Shown here in pieces: positions 19,315 through 29,300 of a stretch of 64,000 nt of DNA. Numbering within the stretch: the stretch's first letter is position 1; every line of letters starts with the position of its first letter. A program made the position numbers and the translations under genes. The stretch spans positions 46,852 through 110,851 of IMG/VR virus record IMGVR_UViG_3300046519_000190; one strand, given 5' to 3'. This stretch comes from a virus. Below the pieces are notes generated by a model that made no database searches, was not told where the DNA came from, and was given only the letters and a program-made list of their open reading frames with translations.

Positions 19315-19543
19315 TTTTCTTCTCCTCTTTTGCCATCTTGCGTTTTTCGATCCAGCCTCTTCGCCACTCCATGATCTGCGCCCAGTATTTTGGAATCAAA
19401 AGACCGATCGACATCACCAGGTAAAGGAGCGTGAGGGCAGTGATCCATTCTGCTGGGGTCATGCCCATGAGAAGCGCTCCCGTTACTGCCGCCGGCGGTG
19501 CAATCTTTACTCCTTCGATGGAGATATCCAGGCCGGCGCTCAT
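19304..19543 (-). CDS. Holin
   Basis: Hydrophobic segments and a basic C-tail, overlapping the endolysin start. Confidence 0.7.
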   Translation of the reverse strand: MSAGLDISIEGVKIAPPAAVTGALLMGMTPAEWITALTLLYLVMSIGLLIPKYWAQIMEWRRGWIEKRKMAKEEKKNGD

Positions 19544-19635
19544 CTTTGAAAACCCTCGAATGGGATACAGAGCTTCATCATTGATCCAAAGTTGATGGAG
19601 TGCCGACATTCTATTTCATGGAGTGGCCTTTAGAG

Positions 19636-19666
19636 AACAAAAAAGGGCCAGACGGCCCTTTTTGTT
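19636..19666. terminator. Bidirectional terminator
   Basis: AAAAAGGGCC-agac-GGCCCTTTTT. Confidence 0.75.
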
Positions 19667-19680
19667 TCATCAATTTGACA

Positions 19681-19896
19681 TCACTTGGTCTTTGCGACGC
19701 TCGCCTTCTCAGGCACGGCAACAGAGACCGAAACTTGAGCGGTGTAAGTGCCCAAAAGTTCAGCGACGTGAACGACCGCTTGAGGGGTTACAGCCATCAC
19801 TTCCTTCGCTCGGGCATCGGCCGCTTCTTGGGTGTCGAAGCGCTCAGCGTTGACCGGATCGAAAGGACTGGTGGTATTGTAAACGAAATAGGACAT
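19681..19896 (-). CDS. Hypothetical protein
   Basis: RBS GGAG, 71 aa. Confidence 0.6.
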   Translation of the reverse strand: MSYFVYNTTSPFDPVNAERFDTQEAADARAKEVMAVTPQAVVHVAELLGTYTAQVSVSVAVPEKASVAKTK

Positions 19897-19914
19897 GGTG
19901 TTTCTCCGATTGAT

Positions 19915-20295
19915 TTAAGGTTGTTTCGCGGCGGCGTAAGACTTCGCGCCACCAATGCGAACTCCGGCCCAGAAGAGCCACGCTCGCCATTTTGCCACAC
20001 CTTCTGCTCGAAGTGCTCGGTACAGAATATCGTCGCAGTCTTTGCGGCTCAAGTTCCGTACCGAGTACAGGTAGTCATGAACGGTGGCGCTGTAGTTGCC
20101 GTACCCAGCCACCAGGGCATAGAGCACGAACAGCAGGATGTTATGCAGAGAGCGGATGCTGGCGTAGTCGGTTTCGAACTTGGCTGGGACAGTGATCATC
20201 CCGGCCTTTTCGTCTTCGAAAACGAGCACGTCCAGAAGAACGTGCTCCCACTTGCTGATTTGTTCCGTTTTCAGAGTGGTCCAGAATTTGCTCAT
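19915..20295 (-). CDS. DUF1353-like protein
   Basis: VPAKFETDYASI, VHDYLY, CDDILY..L...GV..WRA..FWAGVRIGG. Confidence 0.8.
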   Translation of the reverse strand: MSKFWTTLKTEQISKWEHVLLDVLVFEDEKAGMITVPAKFETDYASIRSLHNILLFVLYALVAGYGNYSATVHDYLYSVRNLSRKDCDDILYRALRAEGVAKWRAWLFWAGVRIGGAKSYAAAKQP

Positions 20296-20798
20296 GCAGA
20301 GGTTCCTTTGTTCGCAGAAGTGTTTGGCCAGCCTTCGTCAAGCATCGACTCAGTGTAGCTGCCATCCAGAACGGCGTCGACCAGCTCAGACTCTCTGTTG
20401 TAGCACTCCTGAACGTAGTCACCAACCTTGTCGCCGATGTAGATCAGGGTTGCTGCGTCCAGTGTCATGAAGCCGCCTGTGGTGAGCTTCCAGTTCACCG
20501 TGTAGGCCGAGTCACGTTGAGCCCGTAGCGAAGCCGCTGTGAGCTTCATCTGGGTTGTCCGGTCTGTGTAGACCGGCATCCCCTGGACTTCCATGCCGGC
20601 CGTCTCTTCGATGAAGCGACGATCAGCGATGGCTTTCAAGTTGTTGGCTTTAATTTCGTCCGCAGTGTACTCCGGGTCGGGAGTGTTTCCACCCTCGACC
20701 CAAGCCAGGTATTCCTGATAGCAGCGGTTTTCTGGATCGACGGGGATGATTGCCCCGTCTTCCACTCGCTCGATCCCATATGGATTCAATTTGTACAT
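20292..20798 (-). CDS. Tail fibre-associated protein (DUF4376-like)
   Basis: IPVDPENRCYQEYLAWVEGGNTP N-domain; RRFIEETAG...VNWK...YVQECYNRE; directly after the fibre gene. Confidence 0.75.
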   Translation of the reverse strand: MYKLNPYGIERVEDGAIIPVDPENRCYQEYLAWVEGGNTPDPEYTADEIKANNLKAIADRRFIEETAGMEVQGMPVYTDRTTQMKLTAASLRAQRDSAYTVNWKLTTGGFMTLDAATLIYIGDKVGDYVQECYNRESELVDAVLDGSYTESMLDEGWPNTSANKGTSA

Positions 20799-20808
20799 GG
20801 TCTTCCCC

Positions 20809-23800
20809 TTAGAAGTCGCAGTCTGCGGCCATAGTGAAGTCAGCGTCAGAGGTTGAGAGAGTGTTACCAGGCAAACGGAAGCTGCCCACCCCACCACTCG
20901 AATCCGGGCCGTAGTCTGCGCCACCAGTGTTACCCACAGTCAGATACAGAGTTGGCGAAGCGCGCTTCGTTACCTTGTACGGTCTGTGGTTCCAGCGAGG
21001 CTGGTTGGTTGCAACAGTACCTGGAACCTCTTCGTAATACCGTTGGCAACGACGAATCTCTTCGCTGTAGTCAATCCGCTCGAAAGTGGTTGCAGCCAGA
21101 CCTTGCTCAAGCTGCACGTATGCAACCTGAACCCATGCACCAGCAGAGCTGCCCCATGCAGAGATGCCAGTACCAGCCGGGCCGGTGATGTAGTTACCAC
21201 TCACCCACTTGTTGAGGTTTGCAGCAGTTACAGCCAGCGAACCGTTGTTCAGACCGCAGAAGAGGATCGACAAGCCGGCGCCCGTACCCTGACTGATGGT
21301 AAATGGCAGAGCTGGAAGGTTGATTTCCATTTTCTGCGGCGTACCAGCAGTCGCGGTGTAGCTGAACTGTGCCACATACGAGAAGGCGTTATCACCACTG
21401 CGAATCGAAACGTAATACTTGCCGCCTACCGACGCTGCGAACCAGAAAGACAAGCTGGCTGGCTGCGAGGAAAGCTCGTAGCAGTTGGCTTGTTCGATGA
21501 TATGGCTCGGGCCAGCCCAGTAGAAAGCACTCCCCAGGTTCGTTACCACGGCGTTACAAGTGGTTCGAGCCCAGAAGGTCGGAACGTTGTTCACACCAAC
21601 AGCGGCATTTCGAGACCCGGCGATAGTCCCGCCAGCCCCACCGTTGGTGAATTTCCAACGGTCACAGATGTAGCCGTTTGCAGTGCCTGCAATAGCTGCA
21701 CTGGTAGGACGGTTAGCAACCTGGAACGCGCCGTTCATGACGCGGTTACGACCCATCACGTTGAGCGAAGCTCGGTTACGATCAGGCCAGGCGTTGCTGA
21801 ACACTTCATACCAAATGCCAGTGAACACACCCCCGGTGACGATACGCCAGAACTCACGGTTGACGTTGGTGCCGCTGTAGCAGCGGTAGCGCTGATATTG
21901 GGTGTTCGCATCCCACTGCTGAACTTCCAACAAGTCACCGGCAGCGGAAGCGCCAATATCTGGAGGGAAGCCGGTAGCGCCAGTAGTAATACGGTACGCA
22001 CCGGAAGCCAACAGTTGGTTAATGTTGGTTGTCGATTGAGCTGGACCGCCGATACCGAAGTCACCCACCTTGAGCAGACGACCGGTAGTAGCGTCGAGAC
22101 CAGAACTGGTTGGAACCAGACCCAATGCAGTCTGAGCACCCGCTTGAGTGGTCGCACCAGTACCGCCCTGTGCAATCGACAGCGCTGTAGTCAGACCAGC
22201 CAGAGAGGTGATGTCAGAGTTTGCACCAGCAGCAGCGCTCTCTTTCCACGCAGTCCATACGCCACCAGCCTGAGTACGCCAGAACATACGGCTCGTGCCG
22301 CCCAACTGAACCGCCATCTGCATGCAGCCGCCAGCGTTGTATGGGGCGGTGATCACAGACAGGTTGCCCGCAAGCGGGATGTTCAGCGTCGTGTTAGTGG
22401 TACGACAGAAACCGCCCAGAGTCTCAGCGTTCAGATCGGTAGCCAGCGGGCCAATCGCAGTACCCACACCCAATGCAGCCAGAGCGTTCTGGACAAACGC
22501 GGTGCTCGCGGCGTCAGCGGTGTTGGTGCCATCAGCCAGAGTGGTGATACCCAGGCCGTTGTTGATGTTGACCTTACCAGTTGTGAGGTTGACAGCAAAC
22601 GGGCGGAAGGCGTTGTAGTTGCCGAACTGATCACCACTGTTGGTCAGCATCAGGTACAGCGAACCACCGTCGTTACGCCAGAAGGTGCCGTAGTTGCCAG
22701 AGACGATTCGGAAGTTGTTGCCGCTCGTGGAAGCAATCTCGCCAGCAGCGAGGATCGAATCGAAACCGGTGTTCGAGTAGCTGATGCCAGTACCGATCAC
22801 AGTCAGATCAGCGGAGCGACCTTGCGCAACCGTTTTACCAGCGTTACCTACAGCGCCCGCACGAATGGTTACACCGAAGTTGCCCGTGGTCAGGTTGTAA
22901 ACGGTGTATCTGCCGCTCACTGCCGGAACGATCACGCTCACGTCTGCGCCCAGAGCCCCTGTGAGGTACAGAACCCCGTTGGCTGCTTCTGCTGCGGTCA
23001 GAGTGACGTTGGTGTTGCTCAGCGCCTTACTAGTGATGCCGCTGATCATGCCTGCAACCAGAGCTGGGATACCCAGAGTGGCTTGAGCTGCCGCTGCGGT
23101 GGTGTCATCCAGCACAGTACGCATGAAGGTAGTCACACCGGTGTTCATGGAAATGATTTCGCTGAACACAGGAGGGTTTGCAGCCGAAGAGCAGAAACCA
23201 GTCCAAGTACGACCGTTCGAGTAATCAACGAACAGACCGGTGTAGCCGCCCAGAGTGTCGCGACGACCAGTGATAGTCCAGATACCGAAGCTCGGGTTTA
23301 CGCCAGCTTGGTCAGTCGGCACGGTGCAGCCGTTGGTCTTCGAGGCACCTACGTCAATGAAGCCGCTCCAACCAGATGGCTTGCCCCAGTCAGCGTCAGA
23401 GGCGAGAGCGATCTTGATACCGGCGACGTTGCCGATACCGAAGTCACCCACCTTCATCACGCTACCCTGAGTGGTATCCAGGTTCGAAGTGGTTTTGACC
23501 AGGTTGCTCGACGACCAGGATTCAGACCATGCAGTCCACACGTTGTTGTTCGACGAACGCTGGAACATGCGAGTTTGGCTCTGCGGCATTGCAATTTGCT
23601 GGCAGTAGTTGTTCGCATTGGTCATGGTGATCAGCTTGCAAGAACCTGCAACCGGGCCGTCTGTGCAAGCAGAGCCCATCAGGTAGAAGCCAGTCGCCTT
23701 CATGTCGTTGTAGCTACCCGACGCTACGTCTGCCAGGTCTGTTGCGCCCAGACCGAACGCGCCTACTTGCAGCAGAGCGTTCTTGGTGTTGTCGTAGAAG

Positions 23801-25731
23801 TCGTCTTGAATCGGCAGAGTCTTGCGCTTCGAGATATTCGGCTCTGCGATGTAGATCACACCGCCAGTAGGGAATGTCGATTCAGCTACAACCATCATTC
23901 TCATGCGGTAGGTGGTCGCCGAAGCTTTGACGGTGCCGTACACACGCTGCCAGCCGCCTTTGGTGTTGTCATACGTAGCAACACGAGTGTTCTGAATCGT
24001 AGCGCCAGTCGCTGTGTATTCACCAACGAACAGGCTCAGAGTTGTGCCGGTAGTCGCGTTACCGGTTGCAGTGAGGTATGCAGATAGATCGAGCTTCTCG
24101 CCTGGTGCGACTGGAATCCAGTCATCGGCGTTAACAGATGGGAAGACCAGGTATCCGGCGTTACCAGAAGCTGTGCGAGTCAAGGTTGCCATGCGAGCGC
24201 TTGGGCAACCTGCTGGGACGGCAGAGTCTGCTGCTACGGCGTAACCCAGAGTGTGACCAGCGCTGTTGATGATCGGCAAAGAACCGCTTGCAACCAACAT
24301 CGGGTTGGCTACCCAGTTGTCCGGCATCTTGTCAGTGCCACCCAGGTTGCCCGAGGAAGCGGCAGCAGCGGAAGCAGCAGCATCAGCAGCGCTTTGAGCG
24401 GCAGCAGTCTTGCTGGTGTTCGCGTTGGTCTCGGACGTTGCAGCGTTGGTAGCAGAAGTCGCAGCGGCAGTCTTGCTGGTGTTCGCAGCAGTAGCGCTGG
24501 CAGCAGCGTTCGTTTCGCTGGTCTTCGAGTTGGTCTCAGAAGTCTTCGCAGCGGTCTGACTTGCAAGCGCAGCAGCAGCCGAAGCAGCAGCGTTGGTTTC
24601 ACTGGTGCCGGCGTTCGTCTTGCTCGTTGCAGCCTGAGTAGCGCTGGTAGCAGCAGCAGTTGCCGAGCCAGCAGCAGCAACCTTGCTGGAGTTCGCGTTG
24701 GTTTCACTGGTAGCGGCGTTTGTAGCCGAAGTTGCAGCGGCAGTCTTCGAAGCCAGAGCGTTCGTTTCAGAGGTCGCAGCGGCCACTTTCGAAGCGTTTG
24801 CGTTGGTCTCAGAAGTCGAAGCGTTGGTAGCCGAAGTAGCAGCAGCCAATTTCGAGGTGTTCGCAGCAGTAGCAGAGCCGGCAGCGTTGGTCTCAGAAGT
24901 ACCAGCAGCGTTCTTGCTCGCCAATGCAGCGGCAGCACTCGCAGCGGCGTTGGTTTCCGAAGTCTTGGAGTTCGTTTCGCTGGTCTTCGAGTTCGTTTCC
25001 GAAGTCTTCGCAGCGGTCTGACTTGCCAACGATGCGGCAGCAGAAGTAGCCGAAGCTGTTGCGGAGTTTGCAGCGGCCACCTTCGACGCATTCACGGTGC
25101 TTTCGCTACCAGCAGCGTTGGTTGCGGAAGTAGCAGCAGCAGTCGCAGAACCTGCGGCCGCAGTAGCACTACCAGCAGCAGCGGTCTTCGAAGTGTTGGC
25201 GTTGGTCTCAGAGGTCTTCGCGTTGGTCTCAGAGGTCTTCGCAGCGGTTTGGCTCGCAAGTGCGGCAGTGGCGCTTGTCTTCGCAGCAGTCGCTTGGTTC
25301 TGAGCATCGGTGTAACCGAACGACAGAAGTTCCGGGCACGCGAACAGGCGAGTCGTACCGTAGCGGTCAGTGATCGGGTAGAAACCGTTGCCGTTCGGGC
25401 CACCAGTCTTCGTACCAGTCTGCCAATCGGTGAACTCGGCCATGTTGGTCTGACGGTCAGACAAGAAGGCTTCGATCTTGACGGTCAGATCACGGAAGTT
25501 GACCGCTTGCACAAAGCGAACGATCACGTATTTGAAGGAGCCGGATACCTTCGAAGCGACATCGACCTTGATATGAGTGTCGTCATTGACGGACACCGCC
25601 TCAAAGCACTGGTTGCTTTCGCAGATGATCAGGTCGCCAGGGGAAACGTTGGTCGAAAACGCAGTACCAACACCGACGAGAACGTCACTGTTGGCTGTCA
25701 GCGTCAGCGTGCCTTCACGATATGCTCTCAC
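20809..25731 (-). CDS. Long tail fibre protein
   Basis: Stf-like Ala/Ser/Thr repeats (SETNA/AATSA), three D-T-T-x-G-x-x-x-(K/Q)VG(D/A)FG(I/L)G-like modules, NRVMNGAF C-terminal domain, RCQRYYE. Confidence 0.9.
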   Translation of the reverse strand: MRAYREGTLTLTANSDVLVGVGTAFSTNVSPGDLIICESNQCFEAVSVNDDTHIKVDVASKVSGSFKYVIVRFVQAVNFRDLTVKIEAFLSDRQTNMAEFTDWQTGTKTGGPNGNGFYPITDRYGTTRLFACPELLSFGYTDAQNQATAAKTSATAALASQTAAKTSETNAKTSETNANTSKTAAAGSATAAAGSATAAATSATNAAGSESTVNASKVAAANSATASATSAAASLASQTAAKTSETNSKTSETNSKTSETNAAASAAAALASKNAAGTSETNAAGSATAANTSKLAAATSATNASTSETNANASKVAAATSETNALASKTAAATSATNAATSETNANSSKVAAAGSATAAATSATQAATSKTNAGTSETNAAASAAAALASQTAAKTSETNSKTSETNAAASATAANTSKTAAATSATNAATSETNANTSKTAAAQSAADAAASAAAASSGNLGGTDKMPDNWVANPMLVASGSLPIINSAGHTLGYAVAADSAVPAGCPSARMATLTRTASGNAGYLVFPSVNADDWIPVAPGEKLDLSAYLTATGNATTGTTLSLFVGEYTATGATIQNTRVATYDNTKGGWQRVYGTVKASATTYRMRMMVVAESTFPTGGVIYIAEPNISKRKTLPIQDDFYDNTKNALLQVGAFGLGATDLADVASGSYNDMKATGFYLMGSACTDGPVAGSCKLITMTNANNYCQQIAMPQSQTRMFQRSSNNNVWTAWSESWSSSNLVKTTSNLDTTQGSVMKVGDFGIGNVAGIKIALASDADWGKPSGWSGFIDVGASKTNGCTVPTDQAGVNPSFGIWTITGRRDTLGGYTGLFVDYSNGRTWTGFCSSAANPPVFSEIISMNTGVTTFMRTVLDDTTAAAAQATLGIPALVAGMISGITSKALSNTNVTLTAAEAANGVLYLTGALGADVSVIVPAVSGRYTVYNLTTGNFGVTIRAGAVGNAGKTVAQGRSADLTVIGTGISYSNTGFDSILAAGEIASTSGNNFRIVSGNYGTFWRNDGGSLYLMLTNSGDQFGNYNAFRPFAVNLTTGKVNINNGLGITTLADGTNTADAASTAFVQNALAALGVGTAIGPLATDLNAETLGGFCRTTNTTLNIPLAGNLSVITAPYNAGGCMQMAVQLGGTSRMFWRTQAGGVWTAWKESAAAGANSDITSLAGLTTALSIAQGGTGATTQAGAQTALGLVPTSSGLDATTGRLLKVGDFGIGGPAQSTTNINQLLASGAYRITTGATGFPPDIGASAAGDLLEVQQWDANTQYQRYRCYSGTNVNREFWRIVTGGVFTGIWYEVFSNAWPDRNRASLNVMGRNRVMNGAFQVANRPTSAAIAGTANGYICDRWKFTNGGAGGTIAGSRNAAVGVNNVPTFWARTTCNAVVTNLGSAFYWAGPSHIIEQANCYELSSQPASLSFWFAASVGGKYYVSIRSGDNAFSYVAQFSYTATAGTPQKMEINLPALPFTISQGTGAGLSILFCGLNNGSLAVTAANLNKWVSGNYITGPAGTGISAWGSSAGAWVQVAYVQLEQGLAATTFERIDYSEEIRRCQRYYEEVPGTVATNQPRWNHRPYKVTKRASPTLYLTVGNTGGADYGPDSSGGVGSFRLPGNTLSTSDADFTMAADCDF
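24370..25290 (-). repeat. Degenerate coding tandem repeats (KTSETNA / AATSATNA)
   Basis: Repeated 7- and 14-residue units in the fibre shaft. Confidence 0.8.
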
Positions 25732-25776
25732 TGTATCGCCTCATGTAGATTGGACTATCGGGTGACTATATCACGA

Positions 25777-25947
25777 TCAGGACTTCGGGTACTTGTCCTT
25801 GATTGCCTTGATATCGCTGTACATAGGTTCGATCTTTGGAAGAACCCCGTCGTTCATTGCATGCCAGAGAGCGTCAAGCTGTTCCGCAATGTTCGGGTAT
25901 TCCTCTTGCCGGAGTTTGACGTGATCCGACTTGTGCTCAATTTTCAT
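25777..25947 (-). CDS. 56-aa tail-associated protein (not in the ORF track)
   Basis: Hand translation MKIEHKSDHVKLRQEEYPNIAEQLDALWHAMNDGVLPKIEPMYSDIKAIKDKYPKS; fills the gap between tail genes. Confidence 0.7.
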   Translation of the reverse strand: MKIEHKSDHVKLRQEEYPNIAEQLDALWHAMNDGVLPKIEPMYSDIKAIKDKYPKS

Positions 25948-26359
25948 AGGTCAGATCCACCTGGATGTAGGGCCAGAGTTCGATGGTGATCGAGTGCTGA
26001 GCCTGAATGGAGAAGCTCAGCTCGATGTCAGTGCCGTCAGCCTTGTACTGCGAGCTGTCGATCTGGATGGATGCCCCTTTCGGGACACCTCTCAGCATAT
26101 TGTCGTCCAGTGTGACGCTCATGACCGGGCGGTCTGTGACTTCGCCGTCTTTGACGTACTGAGTCTTTGGGTTGCCCTTCTGTTCGACGAAGCTCTTGTC
26201 ACCGACTAGCTCCAGCTTAACCGGTGATGCGTGCGTCTCCAGAATCTTCCCCGAATCTGGATCGTAGACGGTCATGTAATTCATGACCATCCCTTGCAGT
26301 GCTTCTGGTTCGATTTCAAGCTCGCTCAGTGCGGCTTGCAGCAGCTCTTCTTCACTCAT
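25937..26359 (-). CDS. Tail-associated hypothetical protein
   Basis: Coupled to the J stop. Confidence 0.7.
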   Translation of the reverse strand: MSEEELLQAALSELEIEPEALQGMVMNYMTVYDPDSGKILETHASPVKLELVGDKSFVEQKGNPKTQYVKDGEVTDRPVMSVTLDDNMLRGVPKGASIQIDSSQYKADGTDIELSFSIQAQHSITIELWPYIQVDLTYEN

Positions 26360-29300
26360 TTCATCGCTCCGAGGATGACGACGCTCGCATTTACCTGGCT
26401 GTCACTGTCGATGGTGACGAAGTAGCTGCCGGCGCCCACGTAGAAGTTGTACACGGCGGTCGCGGTCGATTGGTTGTAGTCACCGTTACCGCCCCAGCCG
26501 TTGGTGTAACCAGCAACAACCCGAGCAAGCAGAGAACCCGCGGAGCTGTAGAGGTTGATGTAGATCGGCTGACCACCAAACGTCTTCGCGGAACGAACTA
26601 CGCTGGCGATGATGACCATGTTTACGGTGTTCTGGTAGCCAATCACGGCTGTTTGAGAGCCGCTGCCACCGATTTGACCGTAGTACGGGATCGTCACTGC
26701 GTTGTTGCCGATGCGGAACGAGTCTACCTGCAACTGACCGATTTTGGCAGTAGTGATCGTTGCGTCACCGATGTGAGCAGTACCGATCTGACCTGCACCG
26801 ATCTTCGCATAGGTGATCGCAGCGTCTTGAATGTGAGCGTTGGTGATCGTTGCATCTTGGATCACCGCGGTGTTCAAGAACACGATACCGCTGATCAACT
26901 GAAACGGCGCTACACCATAGCCGTTTGCAGGGTTCACCATCACTACGCGGTCGGCTTGCAGCAAGATTTGGCTCTGGCTGATGCCTTGTGCAGTGTTCTG
27001 GATACCGATACCCATGCCGGCGACGTAGGTCTGACCGTTTTGCAGAGTCTGAACCTTCACAGTCCACTGCGAAGACAGCTTGCCATCCATCGATGCCAGA
27101 GAAGACGACGCTACCTGAACCGCGGTTGTTGCGTTGTTCGCGGTTGCCTGAGCTGTATCCACCCGAGAAGACAATGCACCGTCAGAGTTTGCCCGAACAC
27201 TCGCCTCAGATTGGATAGCCGCGGCGATATCGCCCGCCATCTTCGAGGTCAGTGTGTCGATCCGGGTGCCCAAAGCGCCGTCAGCGTTCGCCCGAGCGTT
27301 GGTCTCATTCTGGATCGCAGTAGCGTTGGCGCCGTTCTGAGCAACAGTGGTTTCAATACGGCTCGACAATGCACCGTCAGCGTTCGCACGGGCAGTCTGT
27401 TCGGACACCAGAGCTGCGTTGATGCTGGTGCCGTTCGAGTTCACCGCGGCCGTCAGAGCCGACAGAGAGGTGGACAGCGCACTGTCCTGGCTCGCACGTA
27501 CCGTCTGTTCGTTCTGAATCGCAGCGTTAGCGGATGCGACCGAAGCCCTGACGATGGTGATGTCACTCGCCATCGCACTGTCAGCGTCGGCTCGAGTTTT
27601 TTGCTCGCTGACCAGGTTCGCGTTTGTGGTGTCAGTCTTCGAGTCCAGAGCTGTCAGCCGGGTTGCTTGAGCGCTGTCAGCCGTTGCTCGGGTAGTCTGT
27701 TCAACCGTCAGCGCAGCATTGGTAGCCGCAGTGGTCGACTTCAACGAAGTGATGTCGGTCGTCTGAGCGCTGTCCGCGGTTGCACGGGTCGTTTGCTCTT
27801 GAACCAAAGCCGCGTTGGTAGCGTTGGTCTTCGAGTCCAGACCGTTCAACCGGGTAGCAGAAGCCTCGTCAGCGCTTGCACGGGCAGTCTTCTCTTCGAT
27901 GATGGCTGCGTCTTGCTCTTCGAACTGAGCCTGGACAATCTCCAGCGAGTGAGCGACAGCCTGGCGATCGGATACCGCAGCCTCTTGGAGAGCAGTTACC
28001 TTCGCGTTGATGTTGTCGCCGATCGACACACCCAGTTCGGTGATCGACTGCTTGATCTGGAAGTTGTCGTCGTTCCGCAGCAGACCCTCAATCGAGTTAC
28101 CGGAACGAGCAGCTTGTGCCAGAGCGAACGCATCGTCCACGCGCTCTTTCAAACCGTCGGTGATTTCGTCGTACTTGGTATCGATGCCGTCGGTGATTTC
28201 CTTGACGTCATCCAGAATGCCGTCGATACCGTCACCGATGGTGTCGATGATGGTGCCCAGGCTTTCGTCGAGGTCAGTACGTGCGATCACACCGGCCACA
28301 GCAGATGTGCCGGCGGTGGAGTTCTTCGCAGACTCCATCCCACGACGGTTCACTGCCGTTACCCAGTACCAATACTTCATCAGACCAGGGATACCGGTAC
28401 GGGTGTAGGTCTCACCAGGAGTCCTGTCGTACACATACGCGGTCGTCGGGTCGTCTACGGTGTTCTCGTAGATTCGGATGTAGTCCAGGTCGATGATGTC
28501 CGGGTTCTTCCAGTTCAGAATGATCTGACGGAAATCGCCGACTGCTGTGAGATTTGTAGGGGGCTTGGGTGGGTTCAGCGTGCCCAGTGTCGTGTAAGTG
28601 CCCACAAGCTCTTGTGAGAGCTTTCCAGTCAGCGAGACACCCACGACACGGAAATCGTAAATGCACTGCCCAGCGACGTTCAGAAGCTCATAGGCTGGCT
28701 TCGTGACGTACTCTTGTGTCCAACCTGTTGCACCCGCGCCAGAGTTCATTCTCCATTGAACGTAGTAGCCCATCGACTTGCCTTCCCAGGACACGTCGAG
28801 CTTGGTGCCGATCTGACCAGACGAAATCAGGTAGGTGACTTCATCGATCTTCATCGACTCCGGGTTGGAGTTCGTTGGGTCGAGAATGGTGGTCGGGTAG
28901 TGCTCAAGGTTCAGACCTTGCTCAATCGAGGCGTACTTGCTCGGGTTGTGATCCACCACACTGATGGTGAAGCGACCCGGTGTGTCAGTCTGCGACACGC
29001 CAACGCATCGAGCGAGTTGTGGAACCAGGCTCAGCTCAGTAAGAATCCATACAGAGTTGACCAGAGGCAGCTTCACGTTTGCCTCAAAAGGCGCAGTGAA
29101 GGTGATGTCGGTCAAACCTGTGCCGGCCTGTACGACATTCTTCTCGACGAAGGTGCCGTCGGGCATCTGAATGGCGATCACAGAACCCTGAGCGATATCA
29201 GTCGGCGCATCGAGCGTGCAACCAAGTCGGGTCACAGCTTTGATACGGCCACCGTCACGTTTGCCGGCCTTATACTGGTCGTGAATCTTCACGATGTCGC

